Of a stretch of 64,000 bases of DNA, positions 58,568 to 64,000 are shown one piece after another. Every line of letters begins with the position of its first letter. Within the stretch, counting starts at the first letter, position 1. The stretch covers positions 130,378 to 194,377 of the forward strand of contig MNCI01002616.1 of NCBI GenBank assembly GCA_015680685.1, in the 5' to 3' direction. This DNA comes from Gnetum montanum (lineage: Eukaryota > Plantae > Gnetophyta). A program made the position numbers and the translations under genes. A model generated the notes under the pieces. The model saw only the letters and a list, made by a program, of their open reading frames with translations, did not search any database and was not told the origin of the DNA.

Positions 58568-61500
58568 GTTGAACAAAATGGCCATGTAGCATGATCTACA
58601 TTCACTTTTAACCTTGACAGGTCCTCATGGTAAGCTTACAAGATATCCAAACTTAGAGTCGATAGACTGGGATTCATCTACTGATAACACTGTAGCATCC
58701 TTGGAAATGTCCCTAGATTGGCCCAAAAATTTGGTCCAAGCCTTAGACTTAGAGGCTAGGGATGTGAGTGAGGACCCTCTCATCGAAGCACCTATAATAA
58801 CATCCAAGGGGGAAATAAAGACACTAAGACTAAGTTCCCTCTTAGATCAAAAAATACAAAAAGATCTATCCAGAGTCCTTCAAGACAACATCAAAGTATT
58901 CGCATGGTCCTACAATGACATGATGGGCTTAGACCCATGGCTAATACAACATAACATTGTATTGGACCCACGTGTCAAACCGGTTAAACAAAAGGCTTGG
59001 AAAATTAAACCAGAAATTGCACTAGGCGTACATGATGAAATTACCAAGCTATACCAAGTAGGCTTCATTCGAGTGGTTGATTACTCAAAGTGGGTATTAA
59101 ACATTATTGTATTCTCTAAGAAAATAGGAGGAATATGAATTTTTATAGACTTTCAGGATCTAAAAAAATTAACGATTAAAGATAACTTTCCACTACCAAG
59201 TATTGACCAACTTATCGACACTACGGCTAGTCATGCTTTATTATCCTTTATGGATGGGCTCTTGAGTTATAATCAAATTCGCATAAATCCAAAGCATTAG
59301 TTGATGACTACTTTCATGACTCCTTGGGGTACCTTTTGCTATACTATGATGCCCTTTGGTCTCAAAAACGCTAGAGCAACCTATCAACGAGCCATGATAT
59401 ACATATTTAGCGACTACCTTCTAGAGAGGCTAAATGATTACATGGATGAAATATTAGTCAAGTCTAAGATAGCTATTGATCATCCCAATGATATAAAGGT
59501 AATCCTCAAGCATTGTCATAGGCATGAATTGTGACTCAATCCAAAGAAATGTGTTTTCAATGTAAAAATCGAATGCATGTTAGAGTTTGTAGTATTGGAG
59601 GCTAGAATACAAGTGGACCCTGACAAAGTTAAGGTCATCGTTAACCTTGCACCCCCTACTAACCTTAAATAATAATGTGGATTGCAAGGTAGGATATAGT
59701 TTATCTGAAGGTTTATATTAAGGTTGACCAACAAGTTACACCCCATGCAACACTTACTAAAGAAGGGGGTTAACTTCAAGTGGACAACACAGTGCCAACA
59801 AGCCTTCGATGACTTAAAGAAAGAGCTTTATCACCTCCCAACTATTTACCCACCATAGAGGGATAAGCCTTTCTACATCTACCTTGCCACCTCAGACACA
59901 TCTATTGCAGCACTATTATGCCAAAAAAGAGAAGATGACTTTGAAATCCTAGTTTATTACTTGAGCCATGCATTAATAGTGTATGAAGCAAAATACAACG
60001 AAGTGGAAAGGAACTGTCTCTCTCTAGTATTCATGCTAAAAAAGTGGAGACACTACCTATTTCGTAGCATGGTCAACATTATATGCAAGAGCAACATACT
60101 TCGGGCTATTATGAATAACTTATATGAAAGTATTAGGATACCCCGATGGAAAGCTATAACTGTGGAATTCGATTTACACTATGTAGCCCAACTATCAATG
60201 AAAGGACAAGCAATAGCTACGTAGCTTACAACCTCACCCGTTGATGATCAGGCAACCATAGAACCAAAATTCCCTAATGAACATGTTATCAATATCAACC
60301 CTGTGCCATTGCATTTCGAGGTGACTTTACATTTCAATGAAGCCTCAACCACATGAGGTGGTAGTGCTGCCACTGTCATGACATTCCCCTCGGGGGACAT
60401 GCAACCTTTTTCTTACTGCTTCACGTTCCTTTGTACGAATAATGTAGCTAAGTACGAAGGACTCCTTAGCAGCCTAGTAATTAAAGATCCAACATTTGGC
60501 AGTCTAAGGCAATTCTCAACTTTTCATCAACCAAATCACTGAAGTGTATGCCTGTAGAGCTTCGCACTTACAACCTTACTATGATTTGGTCAGAAATTTG
60601 TTGAAACAGTTCACCATGATAGACATCCAGCATGTGCCACACAGCAAGAACACCATAGCCGATGCCTTAGCCACACTAGCGTTAAATGTGCCATCACATC
60701 TATTTGCAACTTTACTTGCTTCAATAACAGAATGCATAGACCTTATCACTCAAGTAGTACACGTGGCCTCTGTAAGTGCTACCAACATGCAAGAGTGGTA
60801 TGCTAACATGAAAGCCTACCTGCAACATGGTGAACCCTCACACGGCTTGACATCTGCACAAAAGGATGCAATCTGAAAGTGAGCATGGCAGGAGATAATA
60901 CCTTATGTAAAATCTCCTTTGATGGAATAATGTTAACTTGTGTTGATGGGGAAGAGTCACAGAAAATTGTTAGTGAAGTTCATGAAAGACTATGTATAGG
61001 ACACATAGCTCCTAGGGCTATGGTAGCTAAAATCATATGCATAGGGTATTACTAGCCTTGCATGGAATGAGATTGCTTTGCTAAAGTCAAGATGTGTGAT
61101 ACGTGCCAACATCATGAAAATCTTATACACGTTTCACCTACTGAGTTGCACCCTACACAGATCACATGGCCATTCCAATGATGGGGACTAGATATTATAG
61201 GACGCATAACACCTAAGTCTTCCGCATGACATAGCTTCATCATTACTTCCACCGAGTACTTTACAAAGTGGGTAGCGGCTATTCCCCTTAGGAAAACTAC
61301 ATCTCAACAAGTTTACCACTTTATCTTAGACAACATCTTAACAAGGTTTGGTCTCACCATGACTATTGTGATGGACAATGGGCCACAGTTTAGTAGTGTA
61401 GAAACCAAAACTTTTGTAGCAACCTTGGCATTAAGCAATATTTTTTGTCACCATATTACCCATAGGCTAACGGTCAGGCAAAGGCAACAAATAGGGCCAT

Positions 61501-62024
61501 CATCAACTTGCTTAAAAGAATGCCTAGCAATAGCAAGAGACGATGGCACGAGCAAATCCTCTATGTGTTGTGGGCCTACTATACGACGTGCAAGATGGCT
61601 ATAGGTAAGACTCCCTATAGCCTAGTTTACGGATCTAAAGCAGTGTTACCTCTTGAATTTTAAGGTACCATCACTACGGATGATCCTTTCGAGCATCGTG
61701 AACGAACCCCAAAACAACCAGTCAAGGATCATCAACCTCAACTCCCTAGAGGAAGAGCATGCACAAATACTAGGTCGCATCGAATGGTATCAAGAAAAGT
61801 AGCGACAAAAGCATCATGCAAACCTACATCAATGGCCGATCAAAAAGGGGAATCTAGTTCTCAAACCTATTCTTGAACATGTAGACAAGTTTTTGGCAAA
61901 CTGGAAAGGTCCATTCATAGTCACAAAATCCTACGAGAATGGAGCCTTCAAACTGGCAGACATGGATGGTAAAGAGTTTGCAAATCCTGTGAACCACTTA
62001 TACTTGAAGTCATACTATGTCTAA
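58568..62024 (+). pseudogene. pol: pol of element B (RT-RH-aRH-INT), degenerate
   Basis: FAWSYNDM.GLDP, MPFGLKNARATYQR, YMDE, WGLDIIG and DNGPQF. Many stops. Confidence 0.95.
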
Positions 62025-62049
62025 TGCAGAAACAAGGTAAACATCAATA

Positions 62050-62405
62050 GTCCACTATGACTATAAATTGGCATTCATAGTCTGCTATGACTATAAACTG
62101 ACATCCATAGTCCATTATGACTATAAACTAGCATAGATAGTCTGCCATGACTATAAACTAGCACAGATAGTATGCCATGATGTTAAACTGGCACAGATGA
62201 TCTGCTATGATCTTAAACTGGCATAGACGGTCTGCTATGACCTTAAACTGGTCCATCCACTATCTGATACAATGATAAACTAGCATAGTGGTCTACTAGG
62301 ACCTTAAACTAGCATAGTGGTCTGCTAGGACCTTAAACTAGCACATTGTAGTTTTCTGGGACCTTAAACCAGTACATCTGATGGTCTACCAAGACCTTAA
62401 ATTGG
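62050..62405 (+). repeat. Post-integrase 30-bp array of B (CATAGTCYGCTATGACTATAAACTRG)
   Basis: CTATAAAYTR at 62061, 62091, 62121 and 62151. Confidence 0.92.
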
Positions 62406-63783
62406 GTTTGTGGCATAACATTCCTAGCTTGCATCCATGACCCTTCAAACAAGCAAGTGTGCATAGTGTCAACATGGGGTAGGACATTGCAGTTCGAGAA
62501 TGCAATTCACAATGCCAAGCAAGCACCCTCTAGAACATATGCAATGCCACTACCCCTGACATCTTGCTGATCCTCTAGAGATGTCATCTAACATCTTGCT
62601 GACCTTCCAGAGCTACGACTACCATAGCCCATCACCTTGGTAGTAGCTCTTGTTGTTAGCACCTACCGTTGGAGTCCCAGCACTATTTTGGCCCAGCCAT
62701 GAAGTTGCTACCCTACAGCCCCCACCACCATTCGAGCTCAAAAGATGTTTAACTATTAGGCCTCTCACCTTACAACTAAACTACATGATGTTTTCCTTGG
62801 GCAAGAACTCCTAAGCACTTGCATTTCCACAACTCCTACCCTCCTCGATGCCAACCCCTTTAGCCTGTTGTTGCCAAAATTGTTGTCAGCCTACTTGCTT
62901 TAGACGTCACATGCCTCAGCAGTAGTGCCTATCACTTCAGTGATGTCTAAAGCAAGTAAGACCTTTTTCTAACTACATTTCATGGTTACATTTCTCTGGT
63001 CTACTTTCTGTTGCACTTGCAGGATATGGGTTGAGATGGCGTCGGTCAGAGATGTGTTTTGCCAGAAGGACATGAACCCACACCGTTCTGAGATGACTGC
63101 TCTAACTAGCTTAGCTACTTGGGAGTGCACATCCTGCCCTCCCTCTTAACCTTTGTCATCTTACTTCTTAAAACTGTAGTTTCCCTTTTCACATCTCTTT
63201 TACAAGCTTTCTCGATGCGTGTAAAGCCCTCCCATATGCTCAACCGCAAAGTTCATGATGCGTGTAACGCATGGGAAGCATCTATAGATAGGCTAAAACC
63301 CCACATGGATGTAACACAACTCATCCTAGGGAGGAAACACTTGTATTGAAACAATAAGGTTTTTTGCAAATGAACATGGCTAAATAGCAAAAGAAAAGTG
63401 CAAAAGCATAACAGAGCTCGAAAAAAAAAGAGCACGTGCCCAAAACAAATGGCACACCAGCTATTTCACAATGACCATCTCTAAGTGTTCCAATGAGAGG
63501 TTAGAAGATAGTAAAAGAAAAGATGTCCATTCGGGCCAATTCCCTCACAAGCACTCCAACGAGGGACTGCACTAAGTTGCACCTTACCTTTTCGTGAACT
63601 TGTCCCCTCAAGTCCACCCTTTCCCCTTTCTCATGTACAACTATCCTATTACTCCCAAGCATAGAAAAGCAACATCTGAGCAACCATCGAAGAGTGATGT
63701 TGGCGGCTTGTCCATCATGGTATTTGTATTCTTTGTCAACATTTATTAGGAGGATCCTCCAGACATTGACAAAGAGGGGCCAG

Positions 63784-64000
63784 TGAAACACCATAAAATT
63801 TTAGGACCCTCATGCTTTAGCAGAGTCTTGAAATTTAGGCAAGGACTTCTACAAGTATAGCATCATGACAGATTGATAGGAAAATGTAGGCATTGAGTTT
63901 AGACTCTCTATTCTGGCAAGTTTTCTATCTCTAGAGCTAATAGGCCCGCTGGAGTCTCCAACTTGCCCAACTGGACAATTGATCCGGTTGACAGTCTACC
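63784..64000 (+). repeat. Start of the 3' LTR of element B, preceded by PPT AAAGAGGGGCCAG
   Basis: Matches 10567 onward. Confidence 0.92.

Larger units (their letters stand above)
10567..64000 (+). mobile_element. Element B: Tat/Ogre-like Ty3/gypsy LTR retrotransposon (~19 kb own sequence) hosting nested elements A and C; 3' LTR runs off the window
   Basis: LTR at 10567 matches LTR at 63784. PBS at 12485, gag-PR 12728-16453, pol 58568-62024, PPT before 63784. Internal sequence is continuous across 17582/34799 and 35495/54328. Confidence 0.9.

Overview
This window appears to be plant heterochromatin made almost entirely of nested, decayed Ty3/gypsy LTR retrotransposons from one Tat/Ogre-like lineage. 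Shared hallmarks are LTRs starting TGAAACACC, a tRNA-Asn-type PBS, the order gag-PR // RT-RH-aRH-INT, and heavy C->T/G->A decay. I see no host gene. Three near-complete elements can be resolved. B (+, 10567 to beyond the window end) hosts A (-, 17583-34798, perfect ATGAG TSD) and C (+, 35496-54327). Older nested fragments fill 1-10566. In every copy gag-PR is separated from RT by a 5-6.5 kb spacer. That spacer carries an antisense gene of about 8 exons which the ORF track does not show. Its predicted product has an FCP1/NIF-type HAD phosphatase-like domain lacking the catalytic Asp motifs, a plant-transposon-protein-like domain, a coiled coil and acidic tails. The HAD-like exon is 450-453 nt with the same phase in four copies. 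The cassette is flanked by tandem arrays sharing an AAACTRG core. The non-coding DNA is also rich in a short motif that differs by subfamily (GCGTAA in A, GCRTAG in B and C), which suggests a protein plus cis-motif system such as anti-silencing. Domain calls come from recognising motifs by eye, not from database searches.
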